Shown here: piece after piece, positions 1 through 9,740 of the stretch
Numbering within the stretch: the first letter of the stretch is position 1
Layout of the letters: each line of letters begins with the position of its first letter
Virus record (IMG/VR): IMGVR_UViG_3300020048_006428
Span: 183,178 to 247,177 of that record
DNA from: a virus
Taxonomy: Duplodnaviria > Heunggongvirae > Uroviricota > Caudoviricetes
Direction: 5' to 3' (one strand)
Length of the DNA stretch: 64,000 nucleotides
The notes under the pieces: generated by a model
Seen by the model: only the letters and a program-made list of their open reading frames with translations
Database searches by the model: none
Told to the model about the DNA's origin: nothing
Translations under genes and position numbers: made by a program

Positions 1-416
1 GTTTTATTAGATAATATCTTTATCCTTGTATTTAATTTTGTTTCAATACATTTTTTATTATTAACATGAAAATCAATTCTTAGAAAATCAGGTAAATATT
101 CCATCATACCTTTAATTCTACTTAAAGCTTCTTTAGATTTTTTTAGACTTACATCAATTAAAACTATTGATTTATCAAAACTAAATATTAATTCGTGTAA
201 GATATATAATTGATTCATTGTATTTACACCACTTTCTAAAGAATGTAGACAAATATTAAATTTCATATTATTTATACTTAAAAAATAATTTTCTTGATAT
301 TTATGTAATTTTATATTATGTTTTTTATTAAAATATGGAATAAAACAATAATTATTTATAAAATAAACAATATCATTCTTACATTTAACATATTCTATTA
401 TTTCCTTATCTGTCAT
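1..416 (-). CDS. hypothetical protein, N-terminal part only (runs off window start)
   Basis: reverse-strand ATG at 414-416 (MTDKEIIEYVKCKNDIVYF...) open to position 1; absent from track because truncated. Confidence 0.3.
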   Translation of the reverse strand, partial: MTDKEIIEYVKCKNDIVYFINNYCFIPYFNKKHNIKLHKYQENYFLSINNMKFNICLHSLESGVNTMNQLYILHELIFSFDKSIVLIDVSLKKSKEALSRIKGMMEYLPDFLRIDFHVNNKKCIETKLNTRIKILSNK

Positions 417-453
417 ATTTTTTTTTAGATTATATATAAAAAAATTTGGTCAG

Positions 454-1128
454 TTGAAAAATTATACTTATATTTGTGTAAATATTAAAACTATGATCAA
501 CTATAACAACTTCTATTACATATTTCCACCAAGACCAAAGAATGCAATTCCACCATCAGAATTGAATGAATGGGATGATAATTCAATGATAGGTCAATTA
601 AAATTCAATGGGTCAAATGCTGTCATTTTTATGAATGGCAAAGATGTTTTTGTTTTTAATAGACATGGTGATAGATTAACAAATATTGATTTGGATAAAG
701 ACGAAATATCAAAACTTTATTCTGGAAGTGGTTGGATGGTAATTAATGGTGAATATCTAAATAAATCTAAAAAAGATGAAAACTCTTTAACATTTAATCA
801 TAAATTGATTATATTTGATATATTGGTGTATAATTCTGAATATTTGTTGGGAAATACATTTATCCAAAGAATTGAATTATTGGATAAATTATTTAATAAA
901 AACGAATCAGAAAAGGAATATCTTTTTAAAGTATCAGAAAATATTTATAGAGTCAAATCATTTTTGACTGGCTTTAAAGATATGTTTGATGGTTATACAA
1001 AAATTGATATGATTGAAGGTATTGTCTTAAAAAGAAAAAATTCAAAACTTGAATTGGGCAATACAACTGATAACAATTTCAAAGGGCAAATTAAAAGCCG
1101 CAAAAAAACAAAAAATTACAAATTTTAA
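454..1128 (+). CDS. ATP-dependent RNA ligase-like nucleotidyltransferase (Rnl2-type)
   Basis: motif I LKFNGSN (KxNGxN), motif III INGEYL, motif IV EGIVLKRK. Confidence 0.5.
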   Translation: MKNYTYICVNIKTMINYNNFYYIFPPRPKNAIPPSELNEWDDNSMIGQLKFNGSNAVIFMNGKDVFVFNRHGDRLTNIDLDKDEISKLYSGSGWMVINGEYLNKSKKDENSLTFNHKLIIFDILVYNSEYLLGNTFIQRIELLDKLFNKNESEKEYLFKVSENIYRVKSFLTGFKDMFDGYTKIDMIEGIVLKRKNSKLELGNTTDNNFKGQIKSRKKTKNYKF

Positions 1129-1129
1129 T

Positions 1130-1436
1130 ATGAAAATTAAAGACAGTGTTGATATAACAAGTTTTATTTTAAATAAAACTTTTTTGGATATGGATCAAAA
1201 AAAAAAATACAGATGATGCAATTCTACCAAGTGAATATATCTTTTATGTAAAAGATACTTCTTATGATGGTGATTTAAATAATAAACTATCATTGATAAT
1301 TATTGATAAAAAAAGCGGATATTGTGTAAATAATAACCTTAAATTTAATTCATTTGAAATTATTGATGATGTTGTAACCATAAACATCAATGTAAATAGT
1401 AAACTTATAAAATCTAATTATTGGATTAAAGATTAA
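1130..1436 (+). CDS. hypothetical protein interrupted by -1 frameshift at A11 homopolymer (1197-1207)
   Basis: frame A ATG1130 stops at 1214-1216 right after A11; frame -1 continues to TAA 1434-1436 (..NTDDAILPSEYIFYVKD..); slippery A AAA AAA. Confidence 0.3.
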
Positions 1437-1637
1437 TAAAATGAAAACATATACTTGCATTAAAGACAAAAACTTCACTTTTCAAGGTGAAGTTAATGGC
1501 AATTATGAATTTAAGGTTGGTGACACTATATCATGTAATTTTGATGGAAGATTTTATATTTTTCCAAATGGTGGTGGTATTTATAGCGAAATATTTTAAA
1601 AATATTTCATTTAATTGTTTATCAAATTAGTAAAAAT

Positions 1638-2393
1638 ATGAAAACTATAAATATAACAATAGGATTACCTGGATCTGGTAAAACAACTTTTTGTAAAAAT
1701 GCAGCTAATAATGCAGCGCATATTATTGAAACTGATAAATATATCAAAAAAGATTTTGCTGAAAAGTTAAAATATAATTTGAATAATAAAATAGATTCAT
1801 TATATTTTAATGATATTTATGTTGATGGATTATTTGCAGAAACGGATGATATCATAAAGATATTAAATTCAATAGATTCAAAAAAAGACTTTTCCGTAGT
1901 TATTCATTATTTTATACCAAACATTGAAGCTTGTTTATGGAACGATAAATACAGAAGAAATGTTAGTTCAAAAATAACTATTGAGAATATGATAATTTCT
2001 AAACCAAATTTAGAAATTTTAGAAAAAAAATTTACTAATATAAAATTCTCTATAAGAGAACATATAACTATGAAAACTGAACTTTGGAAAAAATTTGCAG
2101 AAAAAAATAATGTTTATCTATCAGGTAAATATTTAGAAAGCCAAACTTGGTGTATGGGTGGAACATATGGAAATTGTTGGGGTGATCAAAAGTACTCTGT
2201 ATCAAGTGATGAACCAAATGAGTTTACTGAACTTGATTTACTTTTGGAAAAAACAGCACCAAATCTAAAGTTTTTAAAAAAATTGAACGTGAATGTATTG
2301 ATACTGATAGCAATTACGAATCTGATTATTATGGTGGTCGTGTTGAATATGGCTATTGGAAATGTGATTTTGAAAAATTATTTTCAATATTAG
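1638..2393 (+). CDS. P-loop polynucleotide kinase-like protein (T4 Pnk kinase-domain-like), hydrophobic C-terminus
   Basis: N-terminus MKTINITIGLPGSGKTTF closely resembles T4 Pnkp kinase Walker A (ILTIGCPGSGKST); no phosphatase domain seen. Confidence 0.45.
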   Translation: MKTINITIGLPGSGKTTFCKNAANNAAHIIETDKYIKKDFAEKLKYNLNNKIDSLYFNDIYVDGLFAETDDIIKILNSIDSKKDFSVVIHYFIPNIEACLWNDKYRRNVSSKITIENMIISKPNLEILEKKFTNIKFSIREHITMKTELWKKFAEKNNVYLSGKYLESQTWCMGGTYGNCWGDQKYSVSSDEPNEFTELDLLLEKTAPNLKFLKKLNVNVLILIAITNLIIMVVVLNMAIGNVILKNYFQY

Positions 2394-2428
2394 TAGAATT
2401 TGGTTATATTGATGAATCAAAAATTTAA

Positions 2429-2448
2429 TTTTAATATATATTAAAAAA
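2429..2448 (+). promoter_or_regulatory. TTAATATATATTAAAAAAAC class-2 upstream motif
   Basis: 9 nt before ATG 2457. Confidence 0.4.
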
Positions 2449-2456
2449 ACATTAAA

Positions 2457-3083
2457 ATGAAAATAAGAAAATTCAACGAAAGCTTTTCAAGTCAATCAGA
2501 AAATATTAGATCTTTGTTATTAACTAATAATAAATCTGATATAAAATTGGCTTTATATCTTCTTAAGTCTAATCCGGAATATATTGAAGAAGTATCAAAG
2601 GCTATACTTGATGAGTTCACTATTGAAAGGAAATATCAAACACTTGAAGAACTAATTGAAAATTCTTATAGTTCAGATATGATTTCATCGAATTTTATAG
2701 AAATTGGTGAATATATTAAAAACATAAAATTATGTAATTTAGACAAGTATGTTAATTTTATTATGAGTTTACAAATTGATGTAACTTTTACAGAATATCA
2801 AAAAAGTATCAACCTTCTTGCATTTGTTTCATTCAATGAAGTAAAAAGTGTTAATATATATAAAAACTATAAATTAAATTTAGATTCCACAAAAGAAGAA
2901 ATATTAGAAGAAATATACAATTTAATTGATAAACATTGGAATCCTGTTATTAAAGGCAAAAAAACGCTTATTAAATTAATAAATGAAATAACTAATGATG
3001 TAAACGAATTACCAAATCTTGATGAAGATGTGTATGATGAAGATTACGATGAAGATTACGATGATGAAGATGAAGATTTTTAA
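2457..3083 (+). CDS. hypothetical protein, MKIRKFNE leader family, acidic DE-rich C-terminal tail
   Basis: ORF with conserved upstream TTAATATATA motif; N-terminus MKIRKFNESF shared with paralogues; ends DEDYDEDYDDEDEDF. Confidence 0.5.
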   Translation: MKIRKFNESFSSQSENIRSLLLTNNKSDIKLALYLLKSNPEYIEEVSKAILDEFTIERKYQTLEELIENSYSSDMISSNFIEIGEYIKNIKLCNLDKYVNFIMSLQIDVTFTEYQKSINLLAFVSFNEVKSVNIYKNYKLNLDSTKEEILEEIYNLIDKHWNPVIKGKKTLIKLINEITNDVNELPNLDEDVYDEDYDEDYDDEDEDF

Positions 3084-3099
3084 TTTTAAACTTATCCAT

Positions 3100-3117
3100 T
3101 TTAATATATACTAAAAA
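3100..3117 (+). promoter_or_regulatory. TTTAATATATACTAAAAAA class-2 upstream motif
   Basis: 13 nt before ATG 3130. Confidence 0.45.
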
Positions 3118-3129
3118 AGTATTATTAAA

Positions 3130-3699
3130 ATGGATAAGTTTTCTAAGTTAAAGCCAAATAGTGATAAACCCACTTCTAAAAAAGAAAATGTCTTATTTCA
3201 AAATAAATATGTAAAATTAATTGAATTTGATGATTGGTCAATTATAACTGGAAAAGACTGTGTAATTTGCATTCCTTATCTTATAGAACAAAATAAGTTT
3301 ATAATTAGACAAGAATACATACCAACATATAAATATGCAGAAGGGCAAGATTTTCATTTAGCTTGTGTTGGTGGTGAAATAGAAGAAAGCGAAACACCAG
3401 AAGAATCATTAATTAGAGAATTACAAGAAGAAGCAGGAATTGTCCTAAGAGAAAACTTTAGAATCGAATTGGAAAAGCCATTATTCTTTAATAAAGGTTG
3501 TTCTGTAAAATGTTATTATTGTATAATAACATTAAATGAAAATGATTATCATGAAATAGTTCCACCAACAGATGGTTCTAAAGTAGAAAAAATGAGTCAA
3601 ACAGCTAAAATTGATGTAAAATATATAAATTCATTAAATACATCTGACATAACAACAGAATTTATGTTAGATAAACTTAGAAAACACTTAAACTTATAA
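3130..3699 (+). CDS. Nudix hydrolase
   Basis: Nudix box GGEIEESETPEESLIRELQEEAGI (Gx5Ex7REUxEExGU). Confidence 0.65.
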   Translation: MDKFSKLKPNSDKPTSKKENVLFQNKYVKLIEFDDWSIITGKDCVICIPYLIEQNKFIIRQEYIPTYKYAEGQDFHLACVGGEIEESETPEESLIRELQEEAGIVLRENFRIELEKPLFFNKGCSVKCYYCIITLNENDYHEIVPPTDGSKVEKMSQTAKIDVKYINSLNTSDITTEFMLDKLRKHLNL

Positions 3700-3701
3700 A
3701 A

Positions 3702-4265
3702 ATGTCAAATATTAAAGGATATACTATACCAAAACATAATAGAAAATATGGATTAAAAATTCTTTTTGCTTCAAATTATGAAATGCCATATTGGATAAGT
3801 TATGCTACAAGATTCTATAATAACGAAAAAGATAGAGATAAAGCTAAAAAAGAATTTGAAAGTAAATCAAATATATTTAGATATTATCATTTTATAGATT
3901 TTATTTTTGATAAAGATAAAATTGAAGAGTATGATTTAATTTATAATACAACTATTCATTTTACCGAAGAAAATCCAAATCCAATCAACAAAAAAATAAA
4001 AGATGGGTTTACAAATGATGAATATAAATTAATAATAGAAAGGCTTTATAAAAGCTTAAAAAGTGCTGATTTTTTTATAGAACACAACCCAAAATCAGAT
4101 AAATTCAAACATTATTATATTAGGATATGTGATTATTATAAATTTTTACCAATTAGCTTAATGCGAGTTAAATTAAATAATTGCTTTGATTGGATAACTA
4201 CATCATATAAAAAATCAGTAAATGATTATTTAAAAAAATTAAAAGAATTTGAATGCAATTTATAA
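3702..4265 (+). CDS. hypothetical protein
   Basis: long ORF tightly packed after upstream gene. Confidence 0.4.
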   Translation: MSNIKGYTIPKHNRKYGLKILFASNYEMPYWISYATRFYNNEKDRDKAKKEFESKSNIFRYYHFIDFIFDKDKIEEYDLIYNTTIHFTEENPNPINKKIKDGFTNDEYKLIIERLYKSLKSADFFIEHNPKSDKFKHYYIRICDYYKFLPISLMRVKLNNCFDWITTSYKKSVNDYLKKLKEFECNL

Positions 4266-4963
4266 AAAAATTTGAATCATTTGATGAACAAAATACTGAA
4301 ATAGATAATATAGTAAGATTGCTAAAATCAACTGATCCAGAATCAAATAATCTTGGTATAGTTCTTTCTAACAGTGGTAACTATGATATTAATTTAATAT
4401 CTAAAAAATATATTGAAGAATTTAAGATAAAAAACTACACTAAATTCAGCGATATTTTAAATGACCCTTCTGTTAAAATAAAAAAGGATTTTTTTAAATC
4501 TTTATCAAAAGAAGAAAGGAAATTTAGGGATTCAATTGATCAAGATGAATTACATGATGGTTCTTTTAAAATCGTATTTATTAATCTTGATGTTTTAGAT
4601 AGTTTCCATATTAATTTTAGATTTGATATATTTGTAAATAGGTATATTGATATTGATGGTGATATAAATGATGATTGTTATGAAAATAGTAGTAGTTTGT
4701 CAATACATTCTAATATGCATTTTAGATCCAAATACTTAAAAAAAGATACAAACCGACCAGTTGATACGGATAGATTCATAATAAAATTGAATGAATTTAG
4801 TCCAAATTCAAATGAATTAAAAATTAATAATTTGATGCCATTTATTAATGAAAAAATTAATACTTGGAATAACAAAATTTTAAAAAATGAAGATATAATA
4901 GCTGGTATTAGGTTATGTATTGAAGATAAAAATAATTTATTAAATGAAGATAAGAAGATTTAA
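4253..4963 (+). CDS. hypothetical protein, leader family (MQFIKKFESFDEQ)
   Basis: ORF; N-terminal KKFESF..E motif related to 2457/4944/12326 paralog leaders. Confidence 0.45.
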   Translation: MQFIKKFESFDEQNTEIDNIVRLLKSTDPESNNLGIVLSNSGNYDINLISKKYIEEFKIKNYTKFSDILNDPSVKIKKDFFKSLSKEERKFRDSIDQDELHDGSFKIVFINLDVLDSFHINFRFDIFVNRYIDIDGDINDDCYENSSSLSIHSNMHFRSKYLKKDTNRPVDTDRFIIKLNEFSPNSNELKINNLMPFINEKINTWNNKILKNEDIIAGIRLCIEDKNNLLNEDKKI

Positions 4964-5453
4964 CGAAAATGAAGATCCTACCAATAAAATCTTTGATTTA
5001 TTAGACTCACCAGATATTTCTAATAGAGAATTAGGATTTAAACTAATATCCACACAAGAAATAAAATCCAAAAAATTAACAAAGTTAATTGGTAAAACTT
5101 TCAATTCAGTATATATGAATACTGGAAAAGATGAAATCTATTTTTGTTCAAATGAGAAAAATTATATATTTTATCACGAACAAGATTGTTGTGAATCTGT
5201 TTGTGTTGAAGATATAGATGGCGATCTTGAAGATTTAGCTAATACACCAATAATAAATGCAGAAGAAATAACAAAAATAGATATAAATAATGATGAATGT
5301 GGTTGTTGGACATTCTATAAATTAGCTACATCAAAAGGATATGTAACAATAAGATGGTATGGTAGTTCAAATGGATATTATTCAGTTGCAGTATCATTAG
5401 ATGAATTCGTATATAAAAATAATAAAATAGAAATTTTATATAATTATTATTAG
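4944..5453 (+). CDS. hypothetical protein, leader family (MKIRRFNENEDP), Cys-rich
   Basis: ORF; N-terminus near-identical in pattern to 2457 ORF; CCESVCV..CGC cysteines. Confidence 0.45.
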   Translation: MKIRRFNENEDPTNKIFDLLDSPDISNRELGFKLISTQEIKSKKLTKLIGKTFNSVYMNTGKDEIYFCSNEKNYIFYHEQDCCESVCVEDIDGDLEDLANTPIINAEEITKIDINNDECGCWTFYKLATSKGYVTIRWYGSSNGYYSVAVSLDEFVYKNNKIEILYNYY

Positions 5454-5481
5454 TTATTATATATCATGATCTTGCACCTTT

Positions 5482-5520
5482 TTGACAAATTTTAAAAATT
5501 TTAAAATTTGTCAATTTTTA
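5482..5520 (+). terminator. rho-independent terminator hairpin
   Basis: perfect 12-bp inverted repeat ttgacaaatttt/aaaatttgtcaa followed by T-run. Confidence 0.6.
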
Positions 5521-5544
5521 TTTTGTTTTATTAAATATAATACT

Positions 5545-5552
5545 TATCTTTG
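5545..5552 (+). promoter_or_regulatory. Bacteroidota sigmaA-type -7 element TATCTTTG (TTTG at 5522-5525, 19 nt upstream)
   Basis: matches TTTG-N19-21-TAnnTTTG; ATG 18 nt downstream. Confidence 0.45.
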
Positions 5553-5569
5553 TAATTAAATCAGTAATA

Positions 5570-6577
5570 ATGAATATAAAGAATACATTTTTGAAATTGA
5601 CGAGTAAGACCTACCCATACGGATATGAAGAAGATTTGGAACATTTTTTACCAAATAAATTCAAAAAAGATTTAGGTGGTAATTATTTCTACAAATTAGG
5701 TGATAGTAAAACAGCATTTACTTGCCACTTAGACACAGCTTGTTTAGAACAAGTTAAAGTAAATCATATTATAGATGGTAATATGATCAGAACTAATGGT
5801 AAATCGATATTAGGTGCAGATGATAAAGCTGGTATGACAATACTTCTTTATATGATAGAACACAATGTTCCAGGTTTATATTGTTTTTTCATTGGTGAAG
5901 AAGTTGGTTGTATTGGTTCGGGTTATGCTTCCTTAGATAATTCATATAAAGTATACGATCGTATAATATCTTTCGATAGAAGAGGAACTACATCGGTTAT
6001 AACACACCAATCATCTAAACGTTGTTGTTCAGATGAATTTGCAAAATCCTTAGTAAAAGAATTTAATAAATATGACTTATCAATGATTGCAGATGACACT
6101 GGAATCTATACAGACTCTGCTGAATTTATAACAGTGATTTCTGAATGCACAAATATATCGGTTGGATATTATAATGAACATACATATAATGAATGTCAAG
6201 ATATTGTATACTTAGAAAAATTAGCAAAAGCAGTTGTAAGAATTGATTGGGAATCATTACCAACTAAAAGAAAGACCAATGTCATTGAATATAAAAGCAA
6301 ACCAAAATATAATGATGGTGTTGTTTATGATGGTTTTAAAAAGAAAAAGAATCGCTATAATGATAGATACAATGAATATGATGATTTTGTATACAAAGAA
6401 ATAAAAGAAATAAAATCATACAAACAACAAAACAAGCACTATTATGAACCATTTAAGCAAAGCTTATATGATGATAATATAACTAAACAAGAATTTGAAG
6501 AAATAAAAGATATGTATTTAGATTTAAATGATCCAGCTGATATGGATTATTATTTAAAAATTAAAGATTCACTTTAA
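5570..6577 (+). CDS. M42/M20-clan (MH) metallopeptidase-like protein
   Basis: GADDKAGMTILL and FFIGEEVGCIGS motifs typical of M42 glutamyl aminopeptidase/M20 family. Confidence 0.45.
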   Translation: MNIKNTFLKLTSKTYPYGYEEDLEHFLPNKFKKDLGGNYFYKLGDSKTAFTCHLDTACLEQVKVNHIIDGNMIRTNGKSILGADDKAGMTILLYMIEHNVPGLYCFFIGEEVGCIGSGYASLDNSYKVYDRIISFDRRGTTSVITHQSSKRCCSDEFAKSLVKEFNKYDLSMIADDTGIYTDSAEFITVISECTNISVGYYNEHTYNECQDIVYLEKLAKAVVRIDWESLPTKRKTNVIEYKSKPKYNDGVVYDGFKKKKNRYNDRYNEYDDFVYKEIKEIKSYKQQNKHYYEPFKQSLYDDNITKQEFEEIKDMYLDLNDPADMDYYLKIKDSL

Positions 6578-6789
6578 TCTCTAAATTTAGAAATTATATC
6601 ATCTTTTTTTATTAATTGGTCTGGTGCATTTTTTATTTGTGATTGTTCAATATTATGAGAAATTAAATATTTATTTCCTTTTTTTTCTAATATCTTTACT
6701 GGGACAATCATTTTATTATACCAATATTTAATCAGCACAATATCTTCTTCCTTATAAAAGGATTTATATTCTAAAATAAATTTCATCAT
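6574..6789 (-). CDS. small hypothetical protein
   Basis: only ORF in 230-nt gap between + strand genes; K-rich. Confidence 0.3.
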   Translation of the reverse strand: MMKFILEYKSFYKEEDIVLIKYWYNKMIVPVKILEKKGNKYLISHNIEQSQIKNAPDQLIKKDDIISKFRD

Positions 6790-6806
6790 AAATTATATAT
6801 TAAAAA

Positions 6807-7757
6807 ATGAATTCAAATTTTATAAAATTAAACAATATTTATGTAGATTTAAATCTGTATAATTTCATATCATCAACAAATAACATTATTTGTACATTAT
6901 TGATGAATACTGTTACAGAAGATGGTATATATTATTTGGAACCAACTGAAAAGCCTGATATGATTGGTTATATCCAAAAATCAAAAATAAAAGACTTTGA
7001 TAATTTCAATCCAAATGATTATAAAAAAACTACAATAAAGGTAGGAAGAATAGTTAGAAAACTATTTAATGATTTTATAATAAATCTTTATATCAGTGAT
7101 TCCAGAATAGAAGACTTTGTAAATCTATATAAGTCACAATTTGATACATCAGATTATGAACTTACAGTTGTAGAGGGTGAAGAAATAAGAATGTGGTATA
7201 ATGAAAATAATTACCATTTGGAAGATGATGAAAAAACCGGATCTCTTTGGAAATCTTGTATGCGCCAAGTAGAACGTCAAAAATTTTTAGATTTATATTG
7301 TATGAATGATAATATTAAACTACTTATAATGACAGTTAAATATTATGGTGAAACTAAATTAGTTGGTCGTGCGTTATTATGGGACGATGTTACTGTTCTA
7401 AGTGGTATTGAATCTAAAAGTGTTAACATTATGGATAGAATCTATTCCATTAACGAATCAAATGTTAATACTTTCAAAAAGTGGGCAATTGAAAACAAAT
7501 ACATCTATAAACTGGAACAAAATTCAAAAACAAGAAATTGTTTTGTAATTGATGGGAAATATAGAAATTTAAATTTGAAGCTTAACTTACAAAGATACAT
7601 TTTTAATTATTATCCATACTTAGATACATTTCCATACTTTAATTTATCAAATGGTGTCTGTTATAACACTGATTATTATGATGGGTATGAATATATATTA
7701 ACACATAGTGATGGTTCTTTAGGTGATAAAATATACGAAGACGAAGATGACTATTAA
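6807..7757 (+). CDS. hypothetical protein, acidic C-terminus (EDEDDY)
   Basis: long ORF; stop overlaps start of next gene. Confidence 0.45.
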   Translation: MNSNFIKLNNIYVDLNLYNFISSTNNIICTLLMNTVTEDGIYYLEPTEKPDMIGYIQKSKIKDFDNFNPNDYKKTTIKVGRIVRKLFNDFIINLYISDSRIEDFVNLYKSQFDTSDYELTVVEGEEIRMWYNENNYHLEDDEKTGSLWKSCMRQVERQKFLDLYCMNDNIKLLIMTVKYYGETKLVGRALLWDDVTVLSGIESKSVNIMDRIYSINESNVNTFKKWAIENKYIYKLEQNSKTRNCFVIDGKYRNLNLKLNLQRYIFNYYPYLDTFPYFNLSNGVCYNTDYYDGYEYILTHSDGSLGDKIYEDEDDY

Positions 7758-8127
7758 AGAAATTTGTAGACAATATAAAATTATAAATTATACCATAAAT
7801 CCAGATGGATCTATTGATGTAGATGGTGATGTTTATTTAGCATATAATAAATTAACAAAATTACCACTTAAATTCAATATAGTAAGTGGTTATTTTGATT
7901 GTTCTTATAATCAATTAACCAGTTTAGATGGTTGTCCTAATCATGTTGGTGGTCATTTTTATTGTGATAATAATGAATTAACCTATTTAGATGGCTGTCC
8001 ATCTTATATAGTTGGAAAATTTTATTGCTATGGTAATCCTCTACCACAAGAAGTAATAGATAATCCTATGGCAGAAATAAAGAGATTGAATAGAGAAAAG
8101 AAAATAGATATTTTACTAAACCAATAA
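7747..8127 (+). CDS. LRR-like repeat protein (LTSLDGCP / GxFYC 22-aa repeats), paralogue of 24214 and 50302
   Basis: start MTIKEICRQY overlaps upstream stop; repeats YNQLTSLDGCPNHVGGHFYCDNNELTYLDGCP; ends NPLPQEVIDNPMAEIKRLNREKK like 24214 ORF. Confidence 0.5.
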   Translation: MTIKEICRQYKIINYTINPDGSIDVDGDVYLAYNKLTKLPLKFNIVSGYFDCSYNQLTSLDGCPNHVGGHFYCDNNELTYLDGCPSYIVGKFYCYGNPLPQEVIDNPMAEIKRLNREKKIDILLNQ

Positions 8128-8129
8128 TT

Positions 8130-8735
8130 ATGATAAAAATAGGTCTTACAGGTAATTATTTTTCTGGTATGGATGATGTTATCAAAATTTATAATAAATT
8201 GAATATACCAGTATACAATGCCGATTTAGTAACTAAGTTTATACTAAACTATTCTGAGTTATCAATTAGGAAAATCAGAAAAACATTTGGTGATGTTTAT
8301 GATTATGGTTTATTAAATCTAAATAAATTTGATACGAATAATAGATTTGAATTGCTATTAAATCTTATAAATTCAGATTTATTGGAATCATATTATAGAT
8401 TCTTAGATAAGAATAAAGATGCAAAATATGTTATTTTTAAATCATCTATTTTATTTGAAAATAAATACAATAAATTGATGGATTATAATATAAATATATT
8501 TAAACCTTGTTCTGAAAGATATGACTTAGTTGATAAAATAACTTCAATTGATTCAACAACCCTTGAATTCATAATATCAAATGAATTATCTGAAGATTAT
8601 AAATGTAATAATTCAGATTTTATTATAAACAATTATAGTGAATATACTTCAAAAGAAATATATTCACTAGAAAATCAAGTTCTTAAAATTGACCAATCCT
8701 TATTATTTAACTTTAATAAGGAAGTCTTCACCTAA
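8130..8735 (+). CDS. dephospho-CoA kinase-like protein with degenerate P-loop
   Basis: MIKIGLTGNYFSGMDDVIKIYNKLNIPVYNADLV resembles CoaE start (IGLTGGIGSGKS..vidaD) but lacks GKS. Confidence 0.3.
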   Translation: MIKIGLTGNYFSGMDDVIKIYNKLNIPVYNADLVTKFILNYSELSIRKIRKTFGDVYDYGLLNLNKFDTNNRFELLLNLINSDLLESYYRFLDKNKDAKYVIFKSSILFENKYNKLMDYNINIFKPCSERYDLVDKITSIDSTTLEFIISNELSEDYKCNNSDFIINNYSEYTSKEIYSLENQVLKIDQSLLFNFNKEVFT

Positions 8736-8954
8736 ATCCACATAACTTTTGAAACAAGATAAAGCTTTTGATATAAGCATTTTATCCAACTCATTAAAAG
8801 TTTCACTATCATAACATACAGTTACTGCATTTACAATAATGTTTAATGCAGTTGTTGGGTCAATTTTATCAGAGTTGACTAATTCATTAATCTGATTAAT
8901 CTTTTCTTGTTGTTCAGGAGTAAATTGCGATAAATCTATTTCTTGTGTATTCAT
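8703..8954 (-). CDS. small hypothetical protein
   Basis: minus ORF filling gap; probable start MNTQEIDLSQF. Confidence 0.35.
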   Translation of the reverse strand: MNTQEIDLSQFTPEQQEKINQINELVNSDKIDPTTALNIIVNAVTVCYDSETFNELDKMLISKALSCFKSYVDLGEDFLIKVK

Positions 8955-8982
8955 TTTATTTTTTATATAAACTAATACACAA

Positions 8983-9711
8983 ATGTTCAATATAAAAACA
9001 AAAAACTATATGAAAGTAATTGCATTAAAAAATACAAAAAATCTTGTCAAAGGTGCTACATATGATGTTTATAGGCTATTTGCAGCTGGAAATTATAAGA
9101 GAGTTGTAATAAAATTGAATAAAGACAACAAAGTTAATTATGCTATAACTAATTTTAAACTATCTGATGGCAATCCAATACCTCTAATAGATTGGAAATC
9201 TGATGAAATAGAAGATAGACCAATTTATATAGATGAAAGGAATATAAAAATTGGAGATTACATAAAATACACTAGAAATTCTCATGTAGGTCTTATAAAT
9301 GGTTCTATATATAAGATTGAAGATATAAAAATATCTAAAAGAAGCACATATTCAAATTATAGTGATATATCCATAAAAATATATGGATCCAAAACATATT
9401 ATAAATCATATTCATTTGTAAAATGTTCTGATCAAGAATCAAGAGAAATACAACTTAAAAGTTTATTTGAAGAAGAAAGCGGATTCATGGTTGCTGATAA
9501 AAATGTAAATAAACTTTCTTTTTATTCAGAAGATGAACAAAAAGTTATATTGATAAATAGTTTGATGACATCTGCATTGGATAAAAAAAGAAATAATATG
9601 TCTGTGGTTGATTGGGCATTGAAAAAAGTAAACAACTATAATATTAAAGAAGAAGATTACAAGAATATTTTAGACCAAAATTTTAACACAATATTAGAAA
9701 TTTTTAAATAA
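8983..9711 (+). CDS. hypothetical protein
   Basis: long ORF. Confidence 0.4.
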   Translation: MFNIKTKNYMKVIALKNTKNLVKGATYDVYRLFAAGNYKRVVIKLNKDNKVNYAITNFKLSDGNPIPLIDWKSDEIEDRPIYIDERNIKIGDYIKYTRNSHVGLINGSIYKIEDIKISKRSTYSNYSDISIKIYGSKTYYKSYSFVKCSDQESREIQLKSLFEEESGFMVADKNVNKLSFYSEDEQKVILINSLMTSALDKKRNNMSVVDWALKKVNNYNIKEEDYKNILDQNFNTILEIFK

Positions 9712-9740
9712 TTTGATATATACACTAAAAATAGAACAAT

